Origin: an uncultured Pseudomonadales bacterium
GTDB lineage: Bacteria > Patescibacteriota > Microgenomatia > UBA1400 > UBA1396
Assembly: GCA_964603945.1 (NCBI GenBank)
Contig: CAZRWP010000001.1
Coordinates: 184,547 to 248,546 of the forward strand
Direction: 5' to 3'
Length of the DNA: 64,000 nucleotides
The notes beneath the pieces are model-generated. The model ran no database searches and was not told the DNA's origin. It saw only the letters and a program-made list of their open reading frames with translations. Made by a program: the position numbers and the translations under genes. Shown here in pieces: positions 1-10,184 of this stretch. Within the stretch, counting starts at the first letter, position 1. Every line of letters begins with the position of its first letter.

Positions 1-117
1 TATAGTTATTATCCAATTACCTTTTTTGTATTTTTTTAAATAAATTTTTTGGTTTTTTTATCAAAAAGATCCTTAAAATTCTTATGTGGGGGTGAACTAT
101 GATCAAGTGCTAAGCCA

Positions 118-915
118 TCACTTGATCATTATGGAACTAAGATATTCCGCTACCCCGTCCTCATCGCAGTCACCAATTACCTCTTTAGCCACCCGCTTAA
201 CCGCCGATGGGCTATTGCCCATCGCCACCGGCCAACCAACCAGGCTCAAAAATTCCAAATCGTTTTCACTGTCGCCAAAACCGGCGACTTGAGCCAAAGG
301 AATTCCGGTCAGCTCTGACCATCGCTTAATACCGCTCCCTTTATTTACCCCCTGAACCGTGATATCAAAATAAGGCCCGTTGATTTCGCTAAGCATTTCC
401 TTGACCTCAATCCCGTCATAGCCCTGAACTAATCGGCGAACATCTTCATTAATCCACTGAATACATAAAAGTGAGGTCGACCAATCATCAAGCTGGCTGG
501 CGTCTGAATATTTGCCTGGTAAAGAATTTGTCAGTTTGCGCGGACTAACGGCCACCAGGCCGTCATGCTCAAACTCAAACTCCGCTCTCAATTCCTCACT
601 GGCCAAGCTAATTTCCCTAACCAAATCAGAGGGCAATAATTCTTCCGCTAAAATCTGGCCATTTTGCCAAATTACGCCGCCGCCATTAAAAACGTGGATG
701 CTGTCCTGAGGAAAAACGGTAATTATCTCACGCGCCTGAACCGGCGCGCGGCCAGTACACAAAGCCAAAGTAAATTTTTTATTTTGGGCAAGTTTAGTAA
801 TTGTTTGGCGGGTGCGATCAGTAAATTCCTTGCGTCTGGTGGTAATAGTCCGGTCAATATCAAAAACTAGAGCCGTGATGTGGCTTGGGAGTGTGGGGCG
901 ATTTGAATTAGTCAT
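118..915 (-). CDS. Cof-type HAD-superfamily hydrolase (phosphatase)
   Basis: HAD motif I FDIDRT, motif II CTGR, motif III/IV KGSG...GFGDSENDLEF, and VAMGNS typical of HAD-IIB. Confidence 0.9.
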   Translation of the reverse strand: MTNSNRPTLPSHITALVFDIDRTITTRRKEFTDRTRQTITKLAQNKKFTLALCTGRAPVQAREIITVFPQDSIHVFNGGGVIWQNGQILAEELLPSDLVREISLASEELRAEFEFEHDGLVAVSPRKLTNSLPGKYSDASQLDDWSTSLLCIQWINEDVRRLVQGYDGIEVKEMLSEINGPYFDITVQGVNKGSGIKRWSELTGIPLAQVAGFGDSENDLEFLSLVGWPVAMGNSPSAVKRVAKEVIGDCDEDGVAEYLSSIMIK

Positions 916-989
916 ATTTTGCTTATTTGCTTAACTTTTACTTTTTAAGGTACTTTTATTACTGATATTCTGGTTTTTTTAGCTGAGAA

Positions 990-2237
990 CTAACCCACTA
1001 TCAGGCCAAGATTATCAAACATGGCTTTTAGGGCTGGCAGAATGGCCGGTTTGTTGAATTTGACTAGCTTCCACATCAGCGCCACCGCCTGGGCGGTTTT
1101 GAGGTCATCCTCTAATTTAGCCTTAAATTCAGTGTAAATGGCGGCGATTTCCGGTGGCGCGTCCAGCTGGTTGTAGTCTGGGACCTCGGCCGCGCTGTAC
1201 CAGTTGCTCTCGGTCAGCAGATTATTCCACCGGCGCGCCAGCTTGCCCAGCCCCGCCTGAGCCGACTGCAAAGCCGCCCACGTAAAGTTCATTTCATCGC
1301 GGTAGTAAGTCGTCAGACATAATAGTCTATAGGCCATTGGCGTAAATTCGCGCTCCTCCAGATCAGCCAAAGTATAAAAGTTTTTCAAGGATTTGCTCAT
1401 TTTTTGGCCGTCCACCAGCAAAAAGTTATGGTGAACCCAGATCTGGACAAATGGACGAAGGCCAGTTGCGCCTTCAGCTTGGGCAATTTCATTGGTGTGA
1501 TGCACTGGAATATGATCGATACCGCCACTGTGAATTTCAAACTGCTCACCCAAATATTTCATGCTCATGGCGGAACACTCAATGTGCCAGCCAGGAAAAC
1601 CGATTCCCCAGGGAGAATCCCATTCCATCTGGCGCTTTTCATTAGCCGGCGAAAACTTCCACAAGGCAAAATCGCTAGGCTGGCGTTTGCCGGCAACCGA
1701 GCCAATTCGTGCGCCCTCTTGCAATTTGTCTAATTTCAGCCTGGCCAACTCGCCATAATGCGGATCCTTAGAAGTGTCAAAATACACGCCGTCATCAGGA
1801 ATAATGTATGTCAGGCCTTTGGCCTCTAACTTTTTTACCAGCTCGATCTGCTCACCAATATGCTCCGTGGCGCGGCAAATAATATCCGGTTGTTTGACAT
1901 TGACTTTCTCAAGTTTGGCCCAAAAATCAGCTTCATAATAGGCGGCCAATTCCGAAGCGGTCATTTGTTTTTCCCGCGCGGCTTTTTCCACTTTGTCCTC
2001 ACCGGTATCTTCATCCGACACCAAATGACCGACATCAGTGACATTCATGACGTGTTTAACGTCAAAATCAGCCTGTCGGAGCGTCCTAATCAGGACATCA
2101 TCCATAATGTAACGGCGCATATGACCAAGGTGGGCATAATCGTAAACGGTCGGGCCACAAGCGTAAAAGCCAATGTTATCTTTTGTGCTATTGCTAACGG
2201 TATCGACACTATGCGATAAGGTGTTGTAGAGTTTCAT
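990..2237 (-). CDS. cysS: cysteine--tRNA ligase (short, 415 aa)
   Basis: CGPTVY, HLGH (HIGH), DFALWK, GFPGWHIECSAM, HHTNE and KMSKS motifs. Confidence 0.95.
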   Translation of the reverse strand: MKLYNTLSHSVDTVSNSTKDNIGFYACGPTVYDYAHLGHMRRYIMDDVLIRTLRQADFDVKHVMNVTDVGHLVSDEDTGEDKVEKAAREKQMTASELAAYYEADFWAKLEKVNVKQPDIICRATEHIGEQIELVKKLEAKGLTYIIPDDGVYFDTSKDPHYGELARLKLDKLQEGARIGSVAGKRQPSDFALWKFSPANEKRQMEWDSPWGIGFPGWHIECSAMSMKYLGEQFEIHSGGIDHIPVHHTNEIAQAEGATGLRPFVQIWVHHNFLLVDGQKMSKSLKNFYTLADLEEREFTPMAYRLLCLTTYYRDEMNFTWAALQSAQAGLGKLARRWNNLLTESNWYSAAEVPDYNQLDAPPEIAAIYTEFKAKLEDDLKTAQAVALMWKLVKFNKPAILPALKAMFDNLGLIVG

Positions 2238-2253
2238 ATATTGAGATCACTTG

Positions 2254-3363
2254 TTACGTTGTTTGCTGTACTTTATCATGTTCGAGCTGATGGATGGCTA
2301 AGGTTTCATCTCGAACGTCAGGGGTTTGTTCACTGACTTTGCCCCGCGCCGTCAAATCTTCCTGAACCTGATCGCGCAGTTGTTTGGCCGATTCCAAATC
2401 CAACTTGGTTTTTTCCATCTGAACGGAGGCCTCCTGCCGATAAGCCGCCTCCTTGGCCGCCAATTCGGCTTTGAATTTAGCTTCCTCTTGCTCTTTTTGT
2501 AGTTTTTGCTGTTCCTCTTCGGTTTGCTTGGTTTTCTCGCTGTTGGCCTCGGCTAAAATCTCTTCCAAAATTTCTAGGGGTGATTTTTCACCGTCTGAGC
2601 TAGCTTCTGAGTTAGCTGATGAGGGTGCGGGAGAGGCGGTGTCTTGAGGGGCTTCCGATGGTTCAGAGGGTTCAGGCTGTGGTGGGTCGCTGTTGGCCGT
2701 TGGTTGATCTGGGGGCTGAATAGTTTCTAGTTGAGGAGTAGGTTCTGACTGAGGTGAATGCTCCAATTGAGGTGCAGGTTCTGGCTGAAGTTGTGTCTGC
2801 GGTTGAGGTGGAGCTTCCATTTGAGGCTGGCCTTGAGTTGCCGGCTCTTCAATTTTAGTTGCCGATTCTTCAACCTGGTCAAAACCCACCGTTTCCTTGG
2901 GAATCACCGAAGTATCTTGCTCGTCTGTCACAACCGGCGAGGCATAAGTTGGCGCGACATTGCGAGGAAAAGCATTGAAGAAATCCGGTGGCGCAGCCAC
3001 TGACGCGGCGTCTGGCGCACCCGCAGTCATGGCGGCATCCATTTCACCAGAGGGCAAAAAATTCGAATTGGCTGCCGGAGCAGAGTCGTGCGCCGCCTGG
3101 GCAGTTTCATTCGCAAATTGAGTATCAGAAATTAAGGGTGGTGTGGCGTTAGCCGGATTAGTCGTGGTGTTAGCTGGGGTCGGCGTGCCAGCTGATGAAT
3201 TATCAGCCGCGCCCGCGGAATTGTCAGCAGTAGCCGAGCCAGTTGTTAAATCACCAGACCCCGTATCTGCTGGCGGAACATATCCTGGCGGCGTGGTCGG
3301 ATCATCACTGGCTGTCACCACCGATGATTTGGCAAAATTCGTAATCCCCTGCGACTGGTCCAT
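2254..3363 (-). CDS. hypothetical low-complexity Pro/Gln/Glu-rich protein with a C-terminal coiled coil
   Basis: 369-aa ORF co-oriented with cysS; TACGCT -10 box 6 nt before the ATG. Confidence 0.75.
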   Translation of the reverse strand: MDQSQGITNFAKSSVVTASDDPTTPPGYVPPADTGSGDLTTGSATADNSAGAADNSSAGTPTPANTTTNPANATPPLISDTQFANETAQAAHDSAPAANSNFLPSGEMDAAMTAGAPDAASVAAPPDFFNAFPRNVAPTYASPVVTDEQDTSVIPKETVGFDQVEESATKIEEPATQGQPQMEAPPQPQTQLQPEPAPQLEHSPQSEPTPQLETIQPPDQPTANSDPPQPEPSEPSEAPQDTASPAPSSANSEASSDGEKSPLEILEEILAEANSEKTKQTEEEQQKLQKEQEEAKFKAELAAKEAAYRQEASVQMEKTKLDLESAKQLRDQVQEDLTARGKVSEQTPDVRDETLAIHQLEHDKVQQTT

Positions 3364-3452
3364 GAGTTTAGCGTACGTAGCCAGCGATTAAAGGTCAAGT
3401 TATTGAGGTGCTTCTAAGCAAAATCATTGGCAATCTTTAACGTATTTTCAAA

Positions 3453-4292
3453 CTACATGCCAATGTATTTTGTCGCCCTGGGTTCAACTCTAAAAAAGAG
3501 CTGATAATTTGTAATAAATGACATGCTTGAAGACTCGGGTTTGGTAGTTACCACGTAGGAAAATTCTTCCTCAGTATTGCTATATTTATGTATATATTCC
3601 AATAAAGCCAAAGAGGCAGAATTAATCTCCATTCCGCCTTCATCCGCCTCAATTTGGTATAAATTTTCTCCAAATTTTACTTGATTTTTTGGCAAATTAC
3701 CTAAGCTATTAAGACCTTGGTATTTGTCAATCAGTTGCCTTAACTCTGAAAATGTCGCTTCAAGTTGCTCTTGCTCGGTTGGTTCAGGTCGATTAAGAAT
3801 TGGAAAACTATCACTTAGCTCAGAATCATTGAATTTTCCGGTCTGAATTTCAATTAAAGTGAGTACAACCAGTGGATTAATGTCATAAGTTTGACCTAAT
3901 TCCAATAAATATTCAGGCAAATTTTGTTCGCCCACTTTTACATTTTCCAATAAATAGCTTTCATTGTATTGAAAATAGAAGTCATAGGATTCCATTAACT
4001 TAATTTTGGCGGCACTACTTATATCGTCATCATTTTCTTGATGACAACGGCTAAAACTAATCATGCAATCAGAAATGATTGGTTTTAAAACATATGGACT
4101 ATTCGTTGATGTATCTAAATTCTGGTCTGTTAGGGCAGAAAACTCATCATCAGCTATTTTAACTGTTTCATTTACATTGGCAAAAATTCCAAGCCTGTCC
4201 AGGCCAAGTAGCAACTTGTCCTTAAACAAAAACAGCCCTGAAACAAAAACTACAGTAATAATGAAAACAACAAAAAACTTTTTGTAGCTCAT
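3453..4292 (-). CDS. membrane-anchored hypothetical protein
   Basis: N-terminal hydrophobic segment; AT-rich ORF; TATACT -10 box 6 nt before the ATG. Confidence 0.75.
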   Translation of the reverse strand: MSYKKFFVVFIITVVFVSGLFLFKDKLLLGLDRLGIFANVNETVKIADDEFSALTDQNLDTSTNSPYVLKPIISDCMISFSRCHQENDDDISSAAKIKLMESYDFYFQYNESYLLENVKVGEQNLPEYLLELGQTYDINPLVVLTLIEIQTGKFNDSELSDSFPILNRPEPTEQEQLEATFSELRQLIDKYQGLNSLGNLPKNQVKFGENLYQIEADEGGMEINSASLALLEYIHKYSNTEEEFSYVVTTKPESSSMSFITNYQLFFRVEPRATKYIGM

Positions 4293-4512
4293 GTAGTAAG
4301 TATACTCAATTCAATTATTACAATTCCAATGAGATTTTGTCTATATTTTTTAACTACAGACATTTTAAACTGCTTTGTGCTATTTTGTGTTAAAATTGAC
4401 TAGATGATGTTTGGGCATTTTGAATTAATATCAAGAGATGTTTTGCCAAGCAAAGTATTGGTTGTTGATAGTTATCCGTTGAAATTAAATTTCACAAAGA
4501 AAGAGAGTTGAT

Positions 4513-6639
4513 ATGGCTAGTATGAAAGAACTAATTGCATCCGCGTTAGCTGTCACCGGCTTAGTGGCCGGCCCTGTCGCTGAAGTTACCGCTGAATCTC
4601 CACAAGACACCACGCCTCCAGATAGTGAAAAACGTATGGCAGATCTGCTTGATGCGGAAGAACTTGGAAAAATGGATAATATTGACTACCAGAATGCGAA
4701 TAGAAATTTAGAACAACCATCTTCCGTCGAGCGCCAACAAGCATCCAAATTGTATGAAATTCCCCAAACGCCAGTAGATGAGGCAACCTGGACTGCTTTA
4801 TTTAGCTTTGCGCCAGCTGGCAAAGAGGCTCAACTTAATCAGCCAGTGGCGTCATTTAACTTTAATTTTGAGATGGGTCCAGGTATTCAACCAATGCAAG
4901 CTAGCGACATTTTGCCTGGCGGCGGCAGTCTAGCCCAAGAAATTCAGCGAGTATTAAACGCCTTGCAATCACAAAACGCCCAAGGCAAGTTTCAACTCGA
5001 CATTTCACTAAACACCCAAACCCGCAACGCTGGCGTAACTATCCACACTCTGGAACAAGGATTAATCGGTCAAATTGAACTAAACGGTGGTTCGGCTTTA
5101 TCAGTTGACCAACTACAACAGCCCCATTACCTGGAAACCGGCAAGATCTTTAATCAAAACGGCGAGCAAATCGCCGAGGTCGCCAGTGTTGAAGTCGTCC
5201 TTTACAGCTCAGTAGCAATGTTTTTACCAGCCTTTAACCACGACCCCAACGCCCTAGTTATGGTTGGACTAGACCAGCAAGGCAATGTGGCTGTAGTCAT
5301 TACTGATGAAATTCCCTTGTTAGTCGCACCGCTGAGCAAGATGACGCTTGCTCAAAATACCAATGTTAGAGCTTTGCCCGACACCAGTTCTAATATTTTC
5401 ACCACTCTGCAAGCTGGAGAGACTGTTAATTTAGCCACTTATGATCAAGTTATTGCCATCTTGGGGGCAATTCAATTGCCCAACGGAAAAATCATTACTA
5501 ATAACCAAGCCATAAATGCGGCGGAAGTTTATGACGGAGCAAATGTTTGGCGAGCCATTATTAGCCCAGATGCTGGAGAAATCCGGTGGTTAGCTATTTT
5601 GGGAACTCCTGGCTTAGAGTCGACCCCTACCCCTAAACCAGCCAATAGTGACATTGTGATGGCGAATTTTAGCCAGGGAGAGGTTAGTGTAGAGGTGCCA
5701 GTGGAAACCTCTCCAATTGAAACCCAAACCTTTTCGCGCGAACAAGTGCTTGAGCTAAACGAAAGTTATGCTGAAGCGCTGGCTGAACTTGGTCAAGATT
5801 GGCCAGTTTACCAAGATGGCGTTATCAATATGGTTAATTTCTCTCCGGAAGAGTTTTATATCGTAGCCGATGAGCTACGCTTTATACAAAACGGACGAGA
5901 GTTTATCTGGACACCCAAAACTGGTTGGCTTATGGAACAGTTTCGAACGGATAATGGTTTAGCATTTTATTTGTCGATGCAATTTCTCGACTCTAAGTCC
6001 AGAGAAGCAATCGGCGTTAGAGGCACTGGTCTGGAAGATTTAACCTATCCGGTTGCCGTTATTCCCGGCGATGGGATTGATATGCATAACCATCCTGAGG
6101 AACCAGAATATGATGTCAGAAATTGGGAACAGATCATAAATATTTACGGCAATCACGAAGTTTCTTCTGTGCCCGGCATTCCGGCGATAGCCAAGGCGGT
6201 TGATTACACCTGGTATACAATTTACACGTATCAAACTAATCAACCTGCATTAAGTTTTGATGAATTTATAGCTAAGTTTAGATCAGGACAAGCTAATTTT
6301 AATATTAGTTTTAACGGGCAAGAATTACTAATCACGCCTGAAACTAAACTGCAATTCAGAGCCGCTCCCAATTCTCGTGATGTAACGTCGAATGAGTATG
6401 TCAACTCAGCAGGAGAAATAGTAAATCTTACTGAAAGTACCGGTTACCGAGATTGGTTTGTTAATCAAGACATTGTTGGTTTATTGTGGGATATATATAA
6501 AAATAATGTTCCTAGTCAAGATGAGATGCTGTTTGCTTATGAGCTCATGCAGGTCATAATGCCCGTAACTGAGGATGGCTTACATCACCAGGCGCCAGCA
6601 GCCTTGATTGATGCCAATGGGAATATTATTAATAGGTAG
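4513..6639 (+). CDS. secreted hypothetical protein with an SH3b-like segment
   Basis: Signal-peptide-like N-terminus; NTNVRALPDTSSNIFTTLQAGETV resembles the bacterial SH3 consensus. Confidence 0.75.
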   Translation: MASMKELIASALAVTGLVAGPVAEVTAESPQDTTPPDSEKRMADLLDAEELGKMDNIDYQNANRNLEQPSSVERQQASKLYEIPQTPVDEATWTALFSFAPAGKEAQLNQPVASFNFNFEMGPGIQPMQASDILPGGGSLAQEIQRVLNALQSQNAQGKFQLDISLNTQTRNAGVTIHTLEQGLIGQIELNGGSALSVDQLQQPHYLETGKIFNQNGEQIAEVASVEVVLYSSVAMFLPAFNHDPNALVMVGLDQQGNVAVVITDEIPLLVAPLSKMTLAQNTNVRALPDTSSNIFTTLQAGETVNLATYDQVIAILGAIQLPNGKIITNNQAINAAEVYDGANVWRAIISPDAGEIRWLAILGTPGLESTPTPKPANSDIVMANFSQGEVSVEVPVETSPIETQTFSREQVLELNESYAEALAELGQDWPVYQDGVINMVNFSPEEFYIVADELRFIQNGREFIWTPKTGWLMEQFRTDNGLAFYLSMQFLDSKSREAIGVRGTGLEDLTYPVAVIPGDGIDMHNHPEEPEYDVRNWEQIINIYGNHEVSSVPGIPAIAKAVDYTWYTIYTYQTNQPALSFDEFIAKFRSGQANFNISFNGQELLITPETKLQFRAAPNSRDVTSNEYVNSAGEIVNLTESTGYRDWFVNQDIVGLLWDIYKNNVPSQDEMLFAYELMQVIMPVTEDGLHHQAPAALIDANGNIINR

Positions 6640-6732
6640 TTATTTAAAAGCTATTTTTTGGGTTAATTTCTTTTCATAATTAATGTTCACTGCCCTGTTG
6701 TATCGAATCAACATATTAGGTAGACTTTAATT

Positions 6733-9195
6733 GTGAATGCTCTAAGCACCAGAATAATTTTTATATTCACGCTTATCCTAAGTTTTTTTGTATTCACGAA
6801 ACAAACATTAGCCCAAACTTGCCAAGGCTTTATAACTTGCGAGGAATGGCATCAAGTCTATAAGTGTTCTAACTCAGGTGATAATTGCACTCCGACAGCT
6901 CCTTTGCCCTGCGGATTCACCGGTGGCTCATGCCAAGTTACAAACATCTCTGATCGCTGGAATGAACCATGTAATAAAAATCCGGGATTTTGCCAATTAG
7001 CTTGCCCGCCCGGAACTACCAAGCTATCTGATACCTGCAATTGGTATACCCCGCCGACTCCACCCACTCCCCCTACACCAGCCTGTGGCGATGGCTACTG
7101 CAACGCCAGCATCGGTGAAAACTGCGCCACTTGCGCAGGAGACTGTGGTTCCTGTCCCATTGACGATGGTAATAGTGGTGGCAGCGGTGGCGGTAATTGT
7201 GTTAGCGACTACTGCGCTGGGGCTGACCAATGTTACTCTCAAGGTGGAACGACAGGTGGCGCGGGGCCACGTCCTTCAGGAGGCAATTGCTCAACGGGAA
7301 CCGTAATGTGCTGTGTGCCATCCGGAGGTGGGGGTCCTACTATGCCTAATTGTGCCGCGCCTCAAAATCTAACTGGTAGGTGTGAAGTGTATGACACTTA
7401 CATGCGACTCCTTTGGGAATGGACCTCACCTTATGCAGATCTATACAACGAGGTTCAGTTTACCAATGACCCAACTTTTAGTTCCACAATTTACCAAGGG
7501 GTGAGAAACCACGGCGTTACTTCTTTCCCTAGCCAGTACCATGACTACCGTGGCTTACCACCTACATATCCAGACGGTCATTTCCCAGTAGACACATATT
7601 ATCTACGAGTCAGGACCTCATCTGGAAATTGGTGTGTGCCCACCACCTGGGGCAATCCTTACGCTCTGCGCCCAGAAAACTGTACAGATTTCCGCACCCC
7701 AAACGCTACCCCAACCGTGAGTATTACCGCTCCCCCTAGCGGCTCCACCTATCTACAAGGAGACACCGTCACCATCTCCGCTTCAGCCAACGACAGCGAT
7801 GGCACCATTACCTCCATAAGTTTGTACCGCGGTAGCACGCTCTTTTGGGGAATGTCTAACCCGTCTTCTACAGCCAATTACTCCATTAGCTTCCCTTGGT
7901 ATAACATCCCTGCCGGTAGCTACTCCATTACCGCTAGAGCCACAGATGATGACGGCGCGATTGGTGTCTCGACCCCGGTCAGTTTCACCGTCAACGCTTT
8001 CCAAAACATCTCTGGCAATGTCTACATTGACCCTAACGCCACCGTTAACTTAACTACTGGTATCTGCACCGGTAACGCTGGGGCTTTAACCGGCGCTGAG
8101 GGCAGTTTGGGAGTGCGAGTAACCAATACTATTGGCGGTGGCACGTACAACTCTACTGTTAGTAGCGGCAATTGGTCAGTTACTACCCCGCCCGCTTCAG
8201 ACGGACGATTCCGGGCGGCACTACTAGGCCTAGACCCTAACTTTGTCTGTGCTTGTCCAGCGGGGTGTAGTTACTCCGCGGGCATTGACTCTCCTCAATC
8301 TAATGTCAACTTCTACTTAACCCCCACCGCTGACGCCTGGTGGCAGGTCGAAGGCGGGCCCATTGCCGCCTTTGCCAGTACCGGGCAAAGAGCCTTTAGC
8401 ACTCTTATTCCCGAGTTTTGCTCTCTGCCTACCTGTAACCCCTACTTAATTGTCAACCAGAATGGCGGTGACAGTGAGGGCTACGTGTTGACTGGCGGCA
8501 GTTACGTTTCTGGCACGGATCAAATTGACGAAAGTGGCCACAACTGGGTGGCGCAAATGAGTAGTCCTCCTGACAAGCGCCAGGACTACCACTACTTTAA
8601 GGTTTTGGCTCTTTTGCCCACTTCGCCAGAAAGTGACTTCATTCCCTTTGATCCACTTGAAGGCACCACGACGAGCTTGGACAAGCCAGACAAGGACCAG
8701 GAGTTTGTCAATGGCGATCAGGCGCGAGCTTACTTCCACGCTGGGGAAGCGGTCATTGACTCACCCTGGAGCGTTGAGTCGGATGAAAAACTGGTCGTAC
8801 TAATTGATGGTGACATTTCCATTGAAGAGCCCATCACGGTCGAGACGGGTGGCTTTTTTATGCTGGTTGCCTCTGGCGACATTACCTTTGATGCCTCCTT
8901 GGGGCACGACGACCTCAACAATCTTGAGGCCGTCGCCGAAGGCGTGTATGTCGCCGATGGCGTCTTAACCGTTGAAAGCGCTGAAACAGGCGGGGACAAA
9001 CGCTTCGTTGGTGAAGGCACCTTTGTGGGCTGGAGCGGGGTGAAATTGGAGCGCGATTATGATGACGGGGCAGGCCGGCGCGCCCTAAACAATGTTTCAG
9101 CAGTGGAGTACTTTAGATACCGGCCCGACTTTTTGACCGCCGCTCCGGAAGAATTCATGCGCTCGCGTTACAGCTGGCAGCAAGTGAATCCTTAG
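6733..9195 (+). CDS. Cys-rich secreted/surface protein with a bacterial Ig-like domain
   Basis: Signal peptide; Cys-rich repeat CGDGYCN...ENCATCAGDCG; Ig-like PTVSITAP...ASANDSDGTI...YSITARATDDDG; GTG start 6 nt after a TAGACT box. Confidence 0.8.
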   Translation: MNALSTRIIFIFTLILSFFVFTKQTLAQTCQGFITCEEWHQVYKCSNSGDNCTPTAPLPCGFTGGSCQVTNISDRWNEPCNKNPGFCQLACPPGTTKLSDTCNWYTPPTPPTPPTPACGDGYCNASIGENCATCAGDCGSCPIDDGNSGGSGGGNCVSDYCAGADQCYSQGGTTGGAGPRPSGGNCSTGTVMCCVPSGGGGPTMPNCAAPQNLTGRCEVYDTYMRLLWEWTSPYADLYNEVQFTNDPTFSSTIYQGVRNHGVTSFPSQYHDYRGLPPTYPDGHFPVDTYYLRVRTSSGNWCVPTTWGNPYALRPENCTDFRTPNATPTVSITAPPSGSTYLQGDTVTISASANDSDGTITSISLYRGSTLFWGMSNPSSTANYSISFPWYNIPAGSYSITARATDDDGAIGVSTPVSFTVNAFQNISGNVYIDPNATVNLTTGICTGNAGALTGAEGSLGVRVTNTIGGGTYNSTVSSGNWSVTTPPASDGRFRAALLGLDPNFVCACPAGCSYSAGIDSPQSNVNFYLTPTADAWWQVEGGPIAAFASTGQRAFSTLIPEFCSLPTCNPYLIVNQNGGDSEGYVLTGGSYVSGTDQIDESGHNWVAQMSSPPDKRQDYHYFKVLALLPTSPESDFIPFDPLEGTTTSLDKPDKDQEFVNGDQARAYFHAGEAVIDSPWSVESDEKLVVLIDGDISIEEPITVETGGFFMLVASGDITFDASLGHDDLNNLEAVAEGVYVADGVLTVESAETGGDKRFVGEGTFVGWSGVKLERDYDDGAGRRALNNVSAVEYFRYRPDFLTAAPEEFMRSRYSWQQVNP

Positions 9196-9231
9196 TTACG
9201 GTTCCACAAACTGAAGCTTGCATCCCCTGAT

Positions 9232-9446
9232 TACACTCTACCCTCAATCTGGAGATACCTGTTTGAGTACACTCTCCCCCTCAATCTGGAGATACCTGTT
9301 ATTCCTTGAGTACACTCTTGTTATTTTACTGTTTTTGTTAGTTTTGGAGACATATAAGGCAGGTAAAGTGGGTAAAAAACCTTAAAAATTCACCAAAATG
9401 GACAAGGGTGTGATCTGGTGATAAACGTTATCTCCAGATTGAGGGG
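9232..9446. repeat. tandem ~36-bp repeat plus an 18-bp perfect inverted copy (MITE/IS-remnant-like)
   Basis: TACACTCT..CCCTCAATCTGGAGATACCTGTT at 9232 and 9268; CCCCTCAATCTGGAGATA (9277-9294) is the reverse complement of 9429-9446. Confidence 0.75.
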
Positions 9447-9452
9447 AACTTA

Positions 9453-10058
9453 TTAAATCTCTCTTCTTCCATCCAGCGCCCGAGCCAGGGTCACATTGTC
9501 CGCGTACTCAATGTCAGCGCCGATTGGCAGACCGTGCCCAATCCGAGTCACCTTGATATCTTCTTGGCTGTGGCCGGCGTCGCGAATAAGTTTCTCAATA
9601 TATAAAGCAGTGGCTTCGCCTTCCATGGTGGGGTTGGTCGCCAGAATCACTTCCTCAACTGAACCCAACCTCTGCAAAATATCCCGCAGATACAGCTGGT
9701 CTGGACCGATATTCTCCAAGGGACTAATAACGCCATGTAAAACGTGGTAAACGCCTTTGTAAGTGTCGGTTTGCTCAATCGCCAAAACGTCCAAAGGATT
9801 TTCCACCACGCAAAGCTTGGTCGTATCGCGCCGTGGATCGGCACAGACAAAGCAGGGAGACTCTTCGTCAATATTGTGACAAATTTCGCAAAATTTGGTG
9901 TTAGCTTTGAGCTGAGTCAGTGACTGGGCAAAATCCTCAATTACGTGATCCGGCACATGCAGAAGATAGAACGCCAGGCGCTGGGCAGATTTTGGCCCTA
10001 TACCGGGCAATTTCTCAAACTGTTCCACTACAGATCGTACCGGTCGAGGAAGTTTCAT
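9453..10058 (-). CDS. recR: recombination mediator RecR
   Basis: HhH LPGIGPKSAQRLA, C4 zinc finger, Toprim YHVLHGVISP and EEVILATNPTMEGEATA. Confidence 0.97.
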   Translation of the reverse strand: MKLPRPVRSVVEQFEKLPGIGPKSAQRLAFYLLHVPDHVIEDFAQSLTQLKANTKFCEICHNIDEESPCFVCADPRRDTTKLCVVENPLDVLAIEQTDTYKGVYHVLHGVISPLENIGPDQLYLRDILQRLGSVEEVILATNPTMEGEATALYIEKLIRDAGHSQEDIKVTRIGHGLPIGADIEYADNVTLARALDGRREI

Positions 10059-10184
10059 GTCTTATAAATTTATTAACTGAGTTTGTGGTGCGCTGTCAGC
10101 ACGGCGTCTTGAGGCGTCCCAACCCTCCAATTTTGCTTTTTGTATTGGGAAAATCTTTATGTTCTCAACGCCAAAAGCAATTGC

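Noticed and set aside
9232-9318. 36-bp periodic repeat as a CRISPR array
   Set aside because: Units are nearly contiguous with no unique spacers, there are only two full copies, and no cas genes are present.
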